Below the pieces are notes generated by a model. That model did no database searches, had not been told where the DNA came from, and saw only the letters and a program-made list of their open reading frames with translations. From NCBI GenBank assembly GCA_963754655.1, contig CAVWGN010000001.1, positions 160,001-224,000 of the forward strand: a stretch of DNA of 64,000 bases, read 5' to 3'. The number at the start of each line of letters is the position of its first letter. Position 1 is the stretch's first letter. The position numbers and the translations under genes are program-made. Positions 1 to 10,091 of the stretch are shown here, one piece after another. The stretch is from an uncultured Chlamydiae bacterium (GTDB lineage: Bacteria > Chlamydiota > Chlamydiia > Chlamydiales > Parachlamydiaceae).

Positions 1-1059
1 AGCAAACCGCCCGGTGTGATCAAAGAGCGAATAAATGGGTTGGACGCGTAGCCCAATGACTTTACCCTCTGCATTGCGTTCTACAGCAATAGGTCCGACG
101 CGATTGATGATTTTAATCCCTTCTTCAATTCCATCTTCAATTTCAAATTCATCTGCTGTTTGTTCATCCCTCGATTCTAAACAAACCATGGTCACAGTTT
201 GAGCTCCATTACGAACTGATGTGCGAGCAACGTCAAAAGCCACATTTCCTCCGCCCACAACCACAATGTGTTTGCCAATTTTCCAGGGCTCTTCTACGCA
301 ACGTACACGCAAATATTCAATGCCGCGAATAATATCAGGAGCATCTGCACCTGGGATAGGAAGATCACGCGACTTCCATAATCCAATTCCAATAAAAACA
401 GCTTGATAGCGCTGCATGAGCTCTGTCAGGGTAATGTCGCGACCGACTTTCATATTGTAGTGAATTTTAGCACCCAAATACTCAATGGCATAACATTCGT
501 TAATGGCAATCTCATTTTTCAGGCGATAGGACGGAACGCCATACACCAACATGCCACCAGGTAAACGCATCATTTCATAGATATCGACAGCATATCCCAA
601 CCGCAGTAAGTCATGCGCACAAGTCAAAGAAGCAACACCCGCACCAATACAGGCAACACGCAATCCATTGGGTTCTGGGTGAGTAGAACCGCGAGCATAG
701 CTAAATTCTAAGGATTTGACATGCGCCTCTTTGCTAAGACCAAACCACTCATCCAAGTAGCGTTTTTGGGCACGAATGGTCAGTGTTTTGTCAATGCGGT
801 CGCGCCTGCAAGTCACTTCACAGGGAGCGCCGCAAATCATTCCGCAAATGGAGGCAAAGGGATTGGGCCCACGTGCAATCTTATATCCTTCTAAAAGATT
901 GCCCGCATGCAAGGCCATCATGTAGCCTCGGCCATCTGTTTTGACAGGACAGCCATCACGACAATCAATTTGACGAATAAAATAATCCAAATCCGGAATG
1001 GTGACATCATAAAGCTCTCGATAGCTCTCAATGATCTTTTCATCTTGTTCATCTGTCAT
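1..1059 (-). CDS. GltD/SudA-like FAD/NAD(P)-dependent Fe-S oxidoreductase (5' part; runs off the window start)
   Basis: Not in the ORF track. Manual translation from ATG 1059: MTDEQDEK...CRDGCPV...NPFASICGMICGAPCEVTCRR (4Fe-4S motifs), VACIGAGVASL (FAD), VVVGGGNVAFDVAR (NADPH). Confidence 0.85.
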   Translation of the reverse strand, partial: MTDEQDEKIIESYRELYDVTIPDLDYFIRQIDCRDGCPVKTDGRGYMMALHAGNLLEGYKIARGPNPFASICGMICGAPCEVTCRRDRIDKTLTIRAQKRYLDEWFGLSKEAHVKSLEFSYARGSTHPEPNGLRVACIGAGVASLTCAHDLLRLGYAVDIYEMMRLPGGMLVYGVPSYRLKNEIAINECYAIEYLGAKIHYNMKVGRDITLTELMQRYQAVFIGIGLWKSRDLPIPGADAPDIIRGIEYLRVRCVEEPWKIGKHIVVVGGGNVAFDVARTSVRNGAQTVTMVCLESRDEQTADEFEIEDGIEEGIKIINRVGPIAVERNAEGKVIGLRVQPIYSLFDHTGRFA

Positions 1060-1182
1060 AAGGTGCCAGTCTTAAAAGCTCTCACTGATCTCTCAACTCA
1101 AAACTTATTTTACTAGCAATCTATCAAACTAAGTTGTTTTTTAAAAAGATTATTTAATTCTTTTGAATTGTAAGCGTTTTTT

Positions 1183-2367
1183 TCACTTCAAATCAAATGA
1201 ACTCAATTCTAATTGAAATCGCTTTTCAAGAGATGGATGAACATGCAGCAGGTGTTTAAACTTCACATAGGCTTGCCAAGCTGCCTTACAATGTCCATCT
1301 GGTTGAGAACGCTTGATAGCACGAATAAGGAGATTTTTGGGCGTATGCTCAACATCAATAAATTCCAAAATCTGTGCTTGATAGCCTAGAGCTTCCAATA
1401 ATTGAACGCGCGCCGCATCAGTTGCTAATGCAGCAAAGCGCTCTTTTAAAATGCCGTGCTTTAAAAGAGGACGGAGTTCTTCTTGTTGGATTTGATGCAT
1501 CAATTCATGTTGGCAACAAGGAACACTTAAGATCACTTGAGCCTGCCAACGAATGGCCTTTTCCAAGGCAGCATCGGTTGCCGTGTCGCAAGCATGCAGC
1601 GACACCACCATATCGATGGGATGCTTTGCTTGATAATGATCGATATCTTCCCGAATAAAGTGAAGATCGTCTTGATAGCCTAAAGATTGCGCTAATTCCT
1701 GGCAATATTGAATGACATCCTGTTTGAGATCTAACCCCAAGAGTTGCACTTGATATCCTTTTATAGCCTTCAAGAAGTGATAGAGGGCAAATGTAAGATA
1801 AGCCTTGCCACACCCAAAATCAATGATATGCAAAGGCCGCGAAGAATCTAAATGAAGTAAAACATCATCGATCATTTCTAAGAAACGATTGATCTGGCGA
1901 AATTTATCTTTCTTGGCTGCATGGACTTTGCCTTCGGCATTCATCACTCCCAGATGCACAAGAAAGGGAATCGGCTCTCCCTCTTGCAGCAAATATTCCT
2001 TTTGCCGATTATGAATGAGGTCAAGAGGTGCTTTTGAAGGCGCTTTTTTTAAGAGCGTGACGTTGCCTTTTTTACTCAATAGCACATGATAATCGGCAGA
2101 AGTTGTATAAAAAAAGATTTGCTTGAAATTTTCAAGGTGTTGCTTCACCCAATTCAAACATTCCTCTTTAAATAAATTACGATGAAAAGCCTGCTGCTGA
2201 CGGTTTTCCGTGACTTGGTAACTCAGTTTCCCCTTAATTAAAAGCGGACGAATGACAACTTTCGAAATATCCTTTGCAATACGTGGTGCACTAAGAGTTG
2301 CTAAAATGAGCTCTTGTTTTTCAAGAATAGTTTCAATTAAATGCTCAATCTCTTGACGCGCTGCCAT
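1183..2367 (-). CDS. SAM-dependent methyltransferase (Methyltransf_32-like)
   Basis: IIDFGCGKAYLTF motif I; LHACDTATD and PCC motifs typical of this family. Confidence 0.85.
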   Translation of the reverse strand: MAARQEIEHLIETILEKQELILATLSAPRIAKDISKVVIRPLLIKGKLSYQVTENRQQQAFHRNLFKEECLNWVKQHLENFKQIFFYTTSADYHVLLSKKGNVTLLKKAPSKAPLDLIHNRQKEYLLQEGEPIPFLVHLGVMNAEGKVHAAKKDKFRQINRFLEMIDDVLLHLDSSRPLHIIDFGCGKAYLTFALYHFLKAIKGYQVQLLGLDLKQDVIQYCQELAQSLGYQDDLHFIREDIDHYQAKHPIDMVVSLHACDTATDAALEKAIRWQAQVILSVPCCQHELMHQIQQEELRPLLKHGILKERFAALATDAARVQLLEALGYQAQILEFIDVEHTPKNLLIRAIKRSQPDGHCKAAWQAYVKFKHLLHVHPSLEKRFQLELSSFDLK

Positions 2368-2370
2368 GGC

Positions 2371-3033
2371 TTAAGAAATAAAAAGAGGAGTATTGACATT
2401 TTTCCAATCTCTGGCAAACTGCTCGACCCCTTCTAAAGTCATCGCATCACTTTCAATCAATTTTTCAAACAGTTCATCTTTGACTGTGACTCCATAAATG
2501 CCAGCTTCTGCGCATTGCAAAACATGTTCCACGCTTTGAAGCGATGCGGCTAAAATTTTCGTCTTTAATCGATAAATCTGGAACATCTGCACAATGCTTT
2601 TTAACATGTTCCAAGGATTTTCTCCCGCCATTTCTAAACGACCTACATAAGGAGCAACGAAATCAGCTCCTGCTAGAGCCGCTAGTAGCGCTTGACGAGG
2701 ATGAAAAATCAGCGTTGCCATCGTGGGAATGCCTTGGCGAGACAATAAATGGATGGCTTCTAGTCCATTTTTTGTTAAAGGAATTTTAATAATCAAGCGA
2801 TTGGATAAGGAGTAAAGGTTCTGCCCTTGCTGCACCATCTCACCCGTCTCTTCTGCTACAACTTGAGCTGTCACAGGCCCTTCCTGATAGTGCAAGAGAT
2901 CTTCTAATACTTCTTCCAAATCGCGCTCAGATCGAGCAATCAAAGTGGGATTAGTGGTCACACCGGCTAGCAATCCAAATTTCACTGCTTTTTGAACTAT
3001 TCGAATATTCGTTGTATCTAACCAAATATCCAT
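2371..3033 (-). CDS. fsa: Transaldolase-family protein, fructose-6-phosphate aldolase type
   Basis: GVTTNPT and IKIP (Schiff-base Lys). AQV (Gln) and APYVGR (Tyr) are the FSA-type residues rather than the Glu/Phe of true transaldolase. Confidence 0.8.
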   Translation of the reverse strand: MDIWLDTTNIRIVQKAVKFGLLAGVTTNPTLIARSERDLEEVLEDLLHYQEGPVTAQVVAEETGEMVQQGQNLYSLSNRLIIKIPLTKNGLEAIHLLSRQGIPTMATLIFHPRQALLAALAGADFVAPYVGRLEMAGENPWNMLKSIVQMFQIYRLKTKILAASLQSVEHVLQCAEAGIYGVTVKDELFEKLIESDAMTLEGVEQFARDWKNVNTPLFIS

Positions 3034-3154
3034 AATGTTAATCCTCGTCCTTAATCATTTAACTCATTCACAATGAGTCTATCAAAAATAGTCAATTTGG
3101 AAAACAAAGTTATTGTATTGATCCTCTGTTTTCCAACCTGAAGGCGGGGATACT

Positions 3155-3235
3155 CTAGTACCTAACCACAGGAGTTTTGCCTATTGGGCTGCTTGAAAGC
3201 CCCAATAAGTAAAAACTCATATGGTTAAGTACTAG
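3155..3235. repeat. CTAG-bounded imperfect palindrome (MITE-like)
   Basis: ctagtacctaaccacaggagtttt...aaaactcatatggttaagtactag. A similar end (ctagtactcaaccac) recurs at 38036. Confidence 0.7.
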
Positions 3236-3297
3236 GAATTGTCTTAAAATGATAGCGCCTTAGTCCATTAGTTAAGCTTTCGGCTTAAGGAGAGGCA

Positions 3298-3849
3298 CTA
3301 TTGATCATGTCTTAGACTCCTTGCCAAATCTTGAATAAAATTATTCATCACATCTTGAATTAAATCTTGCATTAATCCTATATTCATTTGTTCTTTTTGT
3401 TTGCATGAGCGGCCTATTGAAGTTTGATTAAATACAGATTGCATCTCAGTCATCTTTTGCATTTTTACTTGGTCGCTTATCTCATTGTCTCCTAGAATTT
3501 TTTTTATTTCTATAGAAAATTCTTGCGCCTTTTCCAACTCTTCAATTGTATAAATTTCTAATACCTTAAAAAGTTTCGTTTCATTTACAACATATTTTAC
3601 CTGTTTCTCAAGTGCAAAATTTCCCGCAAAATTTCCCGTTGTTAATTGCAGATCGTTGATACTTTCATAAAGGAAAGATTGCTTGATAGCAGGCGATTCT
3701 CTTAATTTTGATACGTGTTGGAAAAATAGTTGACAAACTAGAGAGATAGGATAAAGATCTTTAACATCTATTTTTTTAAAAATATTGAGTATAGAATCTT
3801 CATTTAAAATAGAATGAAAAATAGATTGATTTTGTTGAATAGGTAACAT
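3298..3849 (-). CDS. F-box-like domain protein (candidate effector)
   Basis: N-terminal LNEDSILNIFKKIDVKDLYPISLVCQLF matches the F-box pattern; low GC. Confidence 0.65.
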   Translation of the reverse strand: MLPIQQNQSIFHSILNEDSILNIFKKIDVKDLYPISLVCQLFFQHVSKLRESPAIKQSFLYESINDLQLTTGNFAGNFALEKQVKYVVNETKLFKVLEIYTIEELEKAQEFSIEIKKILGDNEISDQVKMQKMTEMQSVFNQTSIGRSCKQKEQMNIGLMQDLIQDVMNNFIQDLARSLRHDQ

Positions 3850-3892
3850 ATTTAATAAACTCCTTTTTATAAATTATTAAAACTAATTTATT

Positions 3893-3921
3893 ATTATATT
3901 TTAATTAATAATTAAAATCAA
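3893..3921 (-). promoter_or_regulatory. sigma66/sigma70-type promoter for the F-box gene
   Basis: Minus strand TTGATT-N17-TATAAT, about 45 bp upstream of the ATG at 3849. Confidence 0.55.
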
Positions 3922-4119
3922 ACAAATTATTATTTAAATCATTATTTAAAATATATCATTATAAAATTTTAAAGCTCATGTTGAGAATCATCATTCAATT
4001 GCAAAACGCCACAAAAATTGATCATCTAAGTTAAAGTTATTGGACAAGACATATGAACCTATCGACACTTTACTTTTCATGACCTATAGTGGTCATTACA
4101 GGTCTAAAGACAAGGAATC

Positions 4120-5151
4120 ATGGCAATGATCAAACGTCCCCTCATGGAGTTCACTTCTCGTGGCATTTACTGTCCTAAGGGTCGTTTTTACATCGATCCT
4201 TGGCAGCCAGTCAGTAAAGCAATCATCACACATGCTCATAGCGATCATGCCTATGTTGGACATCGCTATTATTTAACGCAACGCGAGGGCTTACCCATCC
4301 TTCAATACCGTGTTGAAAGACCCGGCGCCCACTTTTATGGTTTAGACTACGGAGAAACAATAAATCTCAATGGCGTTAAGGTTTCTCTGCATCCTGCCGG
4401 TCACATCTTAGGCTCTTCTCAAGTGCGTCTCGAGACCGAGGGACAAGTATGGGTATTTTCAGGCGATTATAAACTCGTTGCAGATGGGATTTGCACACCT
4501 TTTGAACCGGTCAAATGCGATGTGTTTGTTACCGAATCTACTTTTGGTCTTCCCTGCTTTCAATGGGAACCGCAGCATCTCGTCTTTGAAGAAATCAATG
4601 CTTGGTGGCGCTATAATCGCTCGCAAGGCATTACCTCTATTTTACTTGGATATGCACTGGGCAAAGCTCAACGCATTTTAAAGGGAATCGATCCTTCTAT
4701 TGGTCCTTTATTTGCCCATGGAGCTGTATGGAATTTAACGGAAATCATTCGACATCGCTATCCAGATTTATTTCCTCCTATGCCAAAAGTTTCATCTGAA
4801 ATTGCTAAAAAAGATTACACCGGATCTCTTGTCTTAGCCCCTCCCTCTGCCGGTCACAGCACCTGGGTCAATCGCTTTCAACCTTTTCGTATTGGCTATG
4901 CATCTGGTTGGATGGCACTACGTGGAATTCGCCGACGAAATGGAGCCGACAAGGGATTTGTCCTCTCCGATCACGCGGACTGGCCTGGATTGCAGCAAGC
5001 AATTCAAGAGACTGGAGCGCAACGCATCATCGTGACACATGGCTTTACCGAGGTATTTAGCCGCTGGCTACAAGAACAAGGTTATGAGGCTCATGAAGCA
5101 AAAACAGCTTATCGAGGCGAAGAAGATAAGACAGGAGAAGAGAGCGAATGA
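4120..5151 (+). CDS. Ligase-associated DNA damage response exonuclease (metallo-beta-lactamase fold)
   Basis: ITHAHSDH, AGHILGS, SGDYK, TESTFG and LSDHADW motifs; overlaps the ligase start (ATGA). Confidence 0.9.
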   Translation: MAMIKRPLMEFTSRGIYCPKGRFYIDPWQPVSKAIITHAHSDHAYVGHRYYLTQREGLPILQYRVERPGAHFYGLDYGETINLNGVKVSLHPAGHILGSSQVRLETEGQVWVFSGDYKLVADGICTPFEPVKCDVFVTESTFGLPCFQWEPQHLVFEEINAWWRYNRSQGITSILLGYALGKAQRILKGIDPSIGPLFAHGAVWNLTEIIRHRYPDLFPPMPKVSSEIAKKDYTGSLVLAPPSAGHSTWVNRFQPFRIGYASGWMALRGIRRRNGADKGFVLSDHADWPGLQQAIQETGAQRIIVTHGFTEVFSRWLQEQGYEAHEAKTAYRGEEDKTGEESE

Positions 5152-6740
5152 ACGAATTTGTGGAACTTTTCTTAAAACTTGATCAAACCAATAAAACCAA
5201 TGACAAAATTGAAGCTTTAGAAGATTTTTTTAGGCACGCGCCTTCCTCTGATCGCCTTTGGATGATTGCCCTTTTCACGGGACGCCAGCCAAAGCGCACT
5301 GTCAGCAGCCGCTACTTAAAGGAATGGACCATTGAGAAAACACAACTGCCTGAATGGCTGTATGAAGAAACCTATCATGTAGTGGGCGATCTAGCTGAAA
5401 CATTAGCTCTTTTGCTTCCTCAGCAATCTTCTACTAAAAAAAATACGTTAACAGAGTGGATGCTTGCCATACAACACTTGACCACTCAATCACTGTCTGA
5501 AAAAAAAGCGACGATTTTAACTTTCTGGGATCAATTGGATTCAAAAGAGAGATGGGTGTTTAATAAAGTTCTTATTGGAGGATTTCGATTAGGCGTTTCT
5601 CAAAATCTTATTGTACGTGCTTTGGCTAACGTCACTGGTATAGAGGCCAATGTCATTGCTCATCGTTTGATGGGAAATTGGCATCCTACAACTGTTTCAC
5701 CCGATTTTCTACACATTCAGACAGAAGAGCAAGCGCATATTAGCCGTCCTTATCCCTTTTGCCTCGCTTATCCACTAGATATGGAATTAGAAGATTTAGG
5801 ACAATGCTCAGATTGGGCTGCAGAGTGGAAGTGGGATGGAATTCGCGGACAAATAGTGTTTCGGCAAGATGTTATCACCCTGTGGTCGCGCGGCGAAGAA
5901 ATGGTCAATGATCGCTTTCCAGAGCTTGTAAAGCTAGAAAAAATTTTGCCACCCAATTGCGTCATTGATGGGGAAATTGTTGCATTTCGAACTAGCAATG
6001 TACTGCCTTTTCAGCTGCTTCAGCAACGAATTGGACGCAAAAAAATTACCGAGTCTATTTTAAAAGATGTTCCTATTGCATTTTTAGCCTATGATCTAAT
6101 GGAATGGCAAGGAAAAGATTGGCGCAATGAACCCTTTGCCAAACGTCGCAACCAGCTTGAAAAGCTCATTCAACAATTGCCTGCTTCAATTCCCTTGCAT
6201 CTCTCTCCTTTGATTGAATTCAGTACCTGGGAAGATCTCAAAGCTCTGCGTCAACAGTCGCGCCAAAAACAGGCTGAGGGCATTATGCTGAAAAAAAAAG
6301 ATGCTTATTATCATGTAGGACGTAAAAGGGGAGATTGGTGGAAATGGAAAATTGAAGCGTTTACCATTGATGCCGTCATGATTTACGCTCAAAAAGGGCA
6401 TGGCTGGAGAGCGAATGTTTTTTCAGACTACACCTTTGCTGTTTGGTTGAATGACCAACTCATTCCTTTTGCCAAAGCCTATTCTGGACTCACAAAACAG
6501 GAACTTGCCGAGGTCGACCGCTATATCAGAACGCATACCATTGAAAAATTTGGACCTGTTCATGCAGTGAAACCCGAACTTGTCTTTGAAATTGCCTTCG
6601 AAGGCATTCAACTTTCCAAACGCCATAAATCAGGAGTCGCAGTGCGTTTTCCCCGGATTCAACGCTGGCGGCGCGATAAAAAGCCTGAAGATGCTGATAC
6701 CATTGAAACATTGAAAGCTTTGATCGATGTTCCTAACTAA
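5148..6740 (+). CDS. ATP-dependent DNA ligase (ligase-associated repair cassette type)
   Basis: EWKWDGIR adenylation motif, DGEI, EGIMLK, WWKWK, RFPR. Confidence 0.92.
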   Translation: MNEFVELFLKLDQTNKTNDKIEALEDFFRHAPSSDRLWMIALFTGRQPKRTVSSRYLKEWTIEKTQLPEWLYEETYHVVGDLAETLALLLPQQSSTKKNTLTEWMLAIQHLTTQSLSEKKATILTFWDQLDSKERWVFNKVLIGGFRLGVSQNLIVRALANVTGIEANVIAHRLMGNWHPTTVSPDFLHIQTEEQAHISRPYPFCLAYPLDMELEDLGQCSDWAAEWKWDGIRGQIVFRQDVITLWSRGEEMVNDRFPELVKLEKILPPNCVIDGEIVAFRTSNVLPFQLLQQRIGRKKITESILKDVPIAFLAYDLMEWQGKDWRNEPFAKRRNQLEKLIQQLPASIPLHLSPLIEFSTWEDLKALRQQSRQKQAEGIMLKKKDAYYHVGRKRGDWWKWKIEAFTIDAVMIYAQKGHGWRANVFSDYTFAVWLNDQLIPFAKAYSGLTKQELAEVDRYIRTHTIEKFGPVHAVKPELVFEIAFEGIQLSKRHKSGVAVRFPRIQRWRRDKKPEDADTIETLKALIDVPN

Positions 6741-6858
6741 TTTTAATCCTAAAACATTGATACACGTCTCTAGGTTAACTTGAGCGCTTTTAAACCGTTT
6801 TCGTTTCTAAAATAAATGCTTATTAGATCACCTTACGCAAGCGAGGCTAAAGAATCAA

Positions 6859-7386
6859 TGATATCCTTTAAATAACCAAATAGCTTGATTTGTTTAATAG
6901 CCTGAACGGTTTCAAAGAAAATAGCCCAGGGCATCGCGCTGGGTTAGATTAGCCCTCGTCATGTAGTCTGAAGGACTACAAGAAAATCATCTCATCCCCA
7001 ACATGTTTTCATTAAACGCAATTCTCCATTTGTTTTTATCCAGTTAGAAGATCCTTTCTTAATTTCCTGAATAAGCTTACTCAATGGCAAAGTACATGGT
7101 AAAGAAACAAAAGGTGAGTCAAAAAGAATACCATAAAACAATGACATTTCAAAATGATTACTGCGGATTTTAAAAAATATGAAGTGGCGTTTGATGAAAG
7201 CGTGTTTGGGATAGATGATTCTCTTGTAGTCCTTCAGACTACATGACGAGGGCACATCTAACCCAGGGCGATGCCCTGGGCTATTTTATTTGAAGCCCTT
7301 CAGGCTATTAAACAAATCAAGCTATTTGGTTATTTAAGGTTATCACTGAGCCCTGGGCTATTTTATTTAAAGCCTTTCAGGCTATT
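6859..7386. repeat. Long REP-like palindrome (~160-bp arms 6859-7019 and 7187-7345) plus an extra partial unit at 7350-7386
   Basis: The arms are near-perfect reverse complements and contain gtagtccttcagactac, acccagggcgatgccctgggct and gaagcccttcaggct hairpins. Confidence 0.9.
6992..7215. pseudogene. tnpA: IS200/IS605-family Y1 transposase (tnpA/RAYT-like) remnants on both strands inside the palindrome
   Basis: Minus strand: CTLPLSKLIQEIKKGSSNWIK. Plus strand with frameshifts: QKEYHKTMTFQ..LRILKKYEVAFDE.RVWD. Both are typical TnpA segments. Confidence 0.7.
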
Positions 7387-9580
7387 GTTCTAGAGGAGTC
7401 ACTTTCAAACCTACAGGTTCAGATTCATTACCTGCAGCATCAACAGAAACAATAAAATAAGTGTAAAAAGGTTCTCGTTTGCGTATAGGGTCAATAAATT
7501 CTAACTCATGCTTAGAGGGAATTGTGGCAATGAGTGTTTTTAATTCCGAATCGCGATAAATGTGATAAGCAACAGGAATCTCCCCTTCTGTTGGAGGTTT
7601 CCATCTTAAAATGTTGACCCAGTTAATTTCATTTCCTATTGCATTGTTTATTTGAAATCCCGTGACTAGTGTAGGAGGTAAAATGGCTAAATGGGTCATC
7701 TGCAGTAAAGGTGCTGAAGTGGACGGATTAAAGTTCTCATCGCCAGAATAAATTGCAATAATTCGATGTTCACCTTTTTTTAGCTCTTTAAAAACTGTCA
7801 AAGTAGCCTGATGACTATCAGTTAATTTTAAGGGATCTCCTACCTTTTCTTCATTAATTTGAAATTGAATGGTTCCTGTCAGTTTTTTATGGGCAGCAAC
7901 AGTGGCTGTAAAAGTGACAGATTGGCCAAGAATAGAGGGATTAACTGAAGAAACCACGGTTGTAGAAGTGTCGGCTTTATCGATTTGTTGGGTCAACACC
8001 ACATCAGAAGGACTAAAATTTTCACTCCCTAAATAATTAGCTTCTATTTGATGAGTTCCTGCATTTAAATGCTGGATAATGACAGAAACTTGGCCGTTTT
8101 TAAGAGAGCGCGCTTCTTCAAAATTTTTTCCATCAATTTTGAACTGAACAAGACCTGTGGGCTGCAATCCCTCAGCTGTCACCTTAGCCGTAATCTTTAC
8201 AGGACTGCCATACGTAGACGGATTTTTAGAAGAAGTTAATCCCGTCGTTTTAGCTTTTTTAACCTGTTGCATCAAAGAGTCTGCAGAAGGGCTAAAATTT
8301 TCATTGCCGCTGTATTCAGCTTCTATTTGATGAGAACCTGCTGTCAATTGATTAAGGGTAACGGAAACTTGTCCACTTCTTGAGAGAGATTGAATGCTGC
8401 CGAATTCTTTTCCATCCACTCTGAATCGAATCCATCCCTGGGGACGCGCAGTTTCAGAAGTCACTTTTGCTGTCATTCTCACTGCTATCCCATATGTCGA
8501 GGGATTTTCAGAAGAGATTAAATCCGTCTCGGTTTTAGCTTGTCCGATCATTTGGGTTAACAAACTAGTCGAAGGATCAAAATTTTTATTTCCTAGATAA
8601 TGAGCTTCAATATTGTAAGAGCCGCTAGGTAAGTCTTTGAGAATAATTATGGTTTGTCCATTGCTATCTAAAGATAAAGGATTACCATAATGAAGTTCAT
8701 TCATCATCAATTGAACCATGCCATCGGGTATTCCAGCTGAAGAAGTAACTTTTACCGTGAAGGTCATGGGTTGACCAAATAAAGAAGGATTCTCCGAAGA
8801 GGTTAATTGTGTCTTCGTGGGTCCTCTGTCAACTTGTTGCGTAAGTTGAATTTGCGAGGCTTGAAAATTCTCATTTCCTTGATAAATTGCCGTTATCGTA
8901 TGTGCTCCAACAGAAATATCCGCTGTTGAAAAAATGGCTTTTCCACTTGTATCAAGCTCACCTGTTGCGAAAGAAGATCCATCAATGAAGAGTTCGACTA
9001 ATCCGTTAGGTGTTGCCTTAGCAGGTGCCTCTGCATTAACGCCCACTGTGAATTTGACTAATTGATTCAACACAGAAGAGTTAGGTCCGGCTTTAATCAC
9101 ACAAGATGTTTTAGCTGGATACACCCAAAGATTCCAATAATCTCTTGAACTTTCAAAGATCTCATCTCCCGAATAAATTGCGGTAATAGAGTGTTGCTTT
9201 AAATGAGTAGGAGAAAGATTCGAAATGGTAAATTTTGTTTCTCCATTGGCAAGAGGCTGAGTAGAAGCGAGCACTTGATCAACTTCAAATTGAATCGTCC
9301 CTGTAGGGATGGATGCCGGAAGACGGGTGGGAACAACATGGGCAAAAAAAACAACGGGTTGGCTATAAATTGAGCTTTCTTCAGAAGAGCTTGTGATAAC
9401 AGTTTGAGTAGGCCTTGATCCTTCTTGAGGAACTGAAAAAACCTCTTGATTCTCTTCAACCTTTTTTGGCTCTTTTAAAAGATTTTGCAAGTCAGAATTT
9501 CCAACCAAGCTCTGAAAGAATGCAAAGAAGCAAAACAATAATAAGAAACAAGTTAACATTCTTAATGGCTTGAGTCTCAT
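7382..9580 (-). CDS. Secreted Ig-like (Big_3-type) repeat protein with C-terminal FN3-like domain
   Basis: Signal peptide; about 5-6 repeats of SSxNPSxxGQxVTFTAxV...PxGxVQFxIDG...GxHxIxAxYSGxxNFxPS. Confidence 0.85.
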   Translation of the reverse strand: MRLKPLRMLTCFLLLFCFFAFFQSLVGNSDLQNLLKEPKKVEENQEVFSVPQEGSRPTQTVITSSSEESSIYSQPVVFFAHVVPTRLPASIPTGTIQFEVDQVLASTQPLANGETKFTISNLSPTHLKQHSITAIYSGDEIFESSRDYWNLWVYPAKTSCVIKAGPNSSVLNQLVKFTVGVNAEAPAKATPNGLVELFIDGSSFATGELDTSGKAIFSTADISVGAHTITAIYQGNENFQASQIQLTQQVDRGPTKTQLTSSENPSLFGQPMTFTVKVTSSAGIPDGMVQLMMNELHYGNPLSLDSNGQTIIILKDLPSGSYNIEAHYLGNKNFDPSTSLLTQMIGQAKTETDLISSENPSTYGIAVRMTAKVTSETARPQGWIRFRVDGKEFGSIQSLSRSGQVSVTLNQLTAGSHQIEAEYSGNENFSPSADSLMQQVKKAKTTGLTSSKNPSTYGSPVKITAKVTAEGLQPTGLVQFKIDGKNFEEARSLKNGQVSVIIQHLNAGTHQIEANYLGSENFSPSDVVLTQQIDKADTSTTVVSSVNPSILGQSVTFTATVAAHKKLTGTIQFQINEEKVGDPLKLTDSHQATLTVFKELKKGEHRIIAIYSGDENFNPSTSAPLLQMTHLAILPPTLVTGFQINNAIGNEINWVNILRWKPPTEGEIPVAYHIYRDSELKTLIATIPSKHELEFIDPIRKREPFYTYFIVSVDAAGNESEPVGLKVTPLEQ

Positions 9581-9724
9581 GACATCCTTCCTTTATTGGT
9601 GACGCATTGATTCAAATCTTTATGCCATTTATTCTTTAAAAACAATCTGTTAGTTTAGCAGGCACTATTATTTCATATAAAAGAGAGCTTTAACAAGCTC
9701 TATAGTTTGGAGGGAACTCGGCCC

Positions 9725-10018
9725 CTAATGGATAATACGGAAGTCGTCATGCGGCGTGTCAATAGGAAAAAACTGAATGGCTGCCTCTTCAATTTGTCCA
9801 GGAAAAGTTTCCTCTTTTAGCTTTTGCATCAATTCTTCTAAGCGCTTTTTAGAACCATGTGCATAAATTTCAACTGTTCCATCAATTAAATTACGAACTG
9901 TTCCAGTCAGTCTTAAACCCATTGCATAATAACGAGTCATAGCCCGAAATCCGACGCCTTGCACATTGCCTCTAACAATCGCGTGCATTTCGTAGAGATC
10001 TCTTGCTGAGTGTTCCAT
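9725..10018 (-). CDS. acyP: Acylphosphatase
   Basis: VRGNVQGVGFR and GTVRNLIDGTVEI signatures. Confidence 0.92.
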   Translation of the reverse strand: MEHSARDLYEMHAIVRGNVQGVGFRAMTRYYAMGLRLTGTVRNLIDGTVEIYAHGSKKRLEELMQKLKEETFPGQIEEAAIQFFPIDTPHDDFRIIH

Positions 10019-10091
10019 CCCGCCCTCCCGAATTTCAATTTTGAATTCACTTCGGTATTACATCATTCTTGTTATGTAACATAAACAGATG

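Noticed and set aside
221..1116. Short plus-strand ORFs at the window start
   Set aside because: They are shadows of the minus-strand oxidoreductase gene.
6992..7255. 87-aa ORF as a functional transposase
   Set aside because: It is a chimera of palindrome sequence and a short TnpA fragment; no HUH motif or catalytic Tyr.
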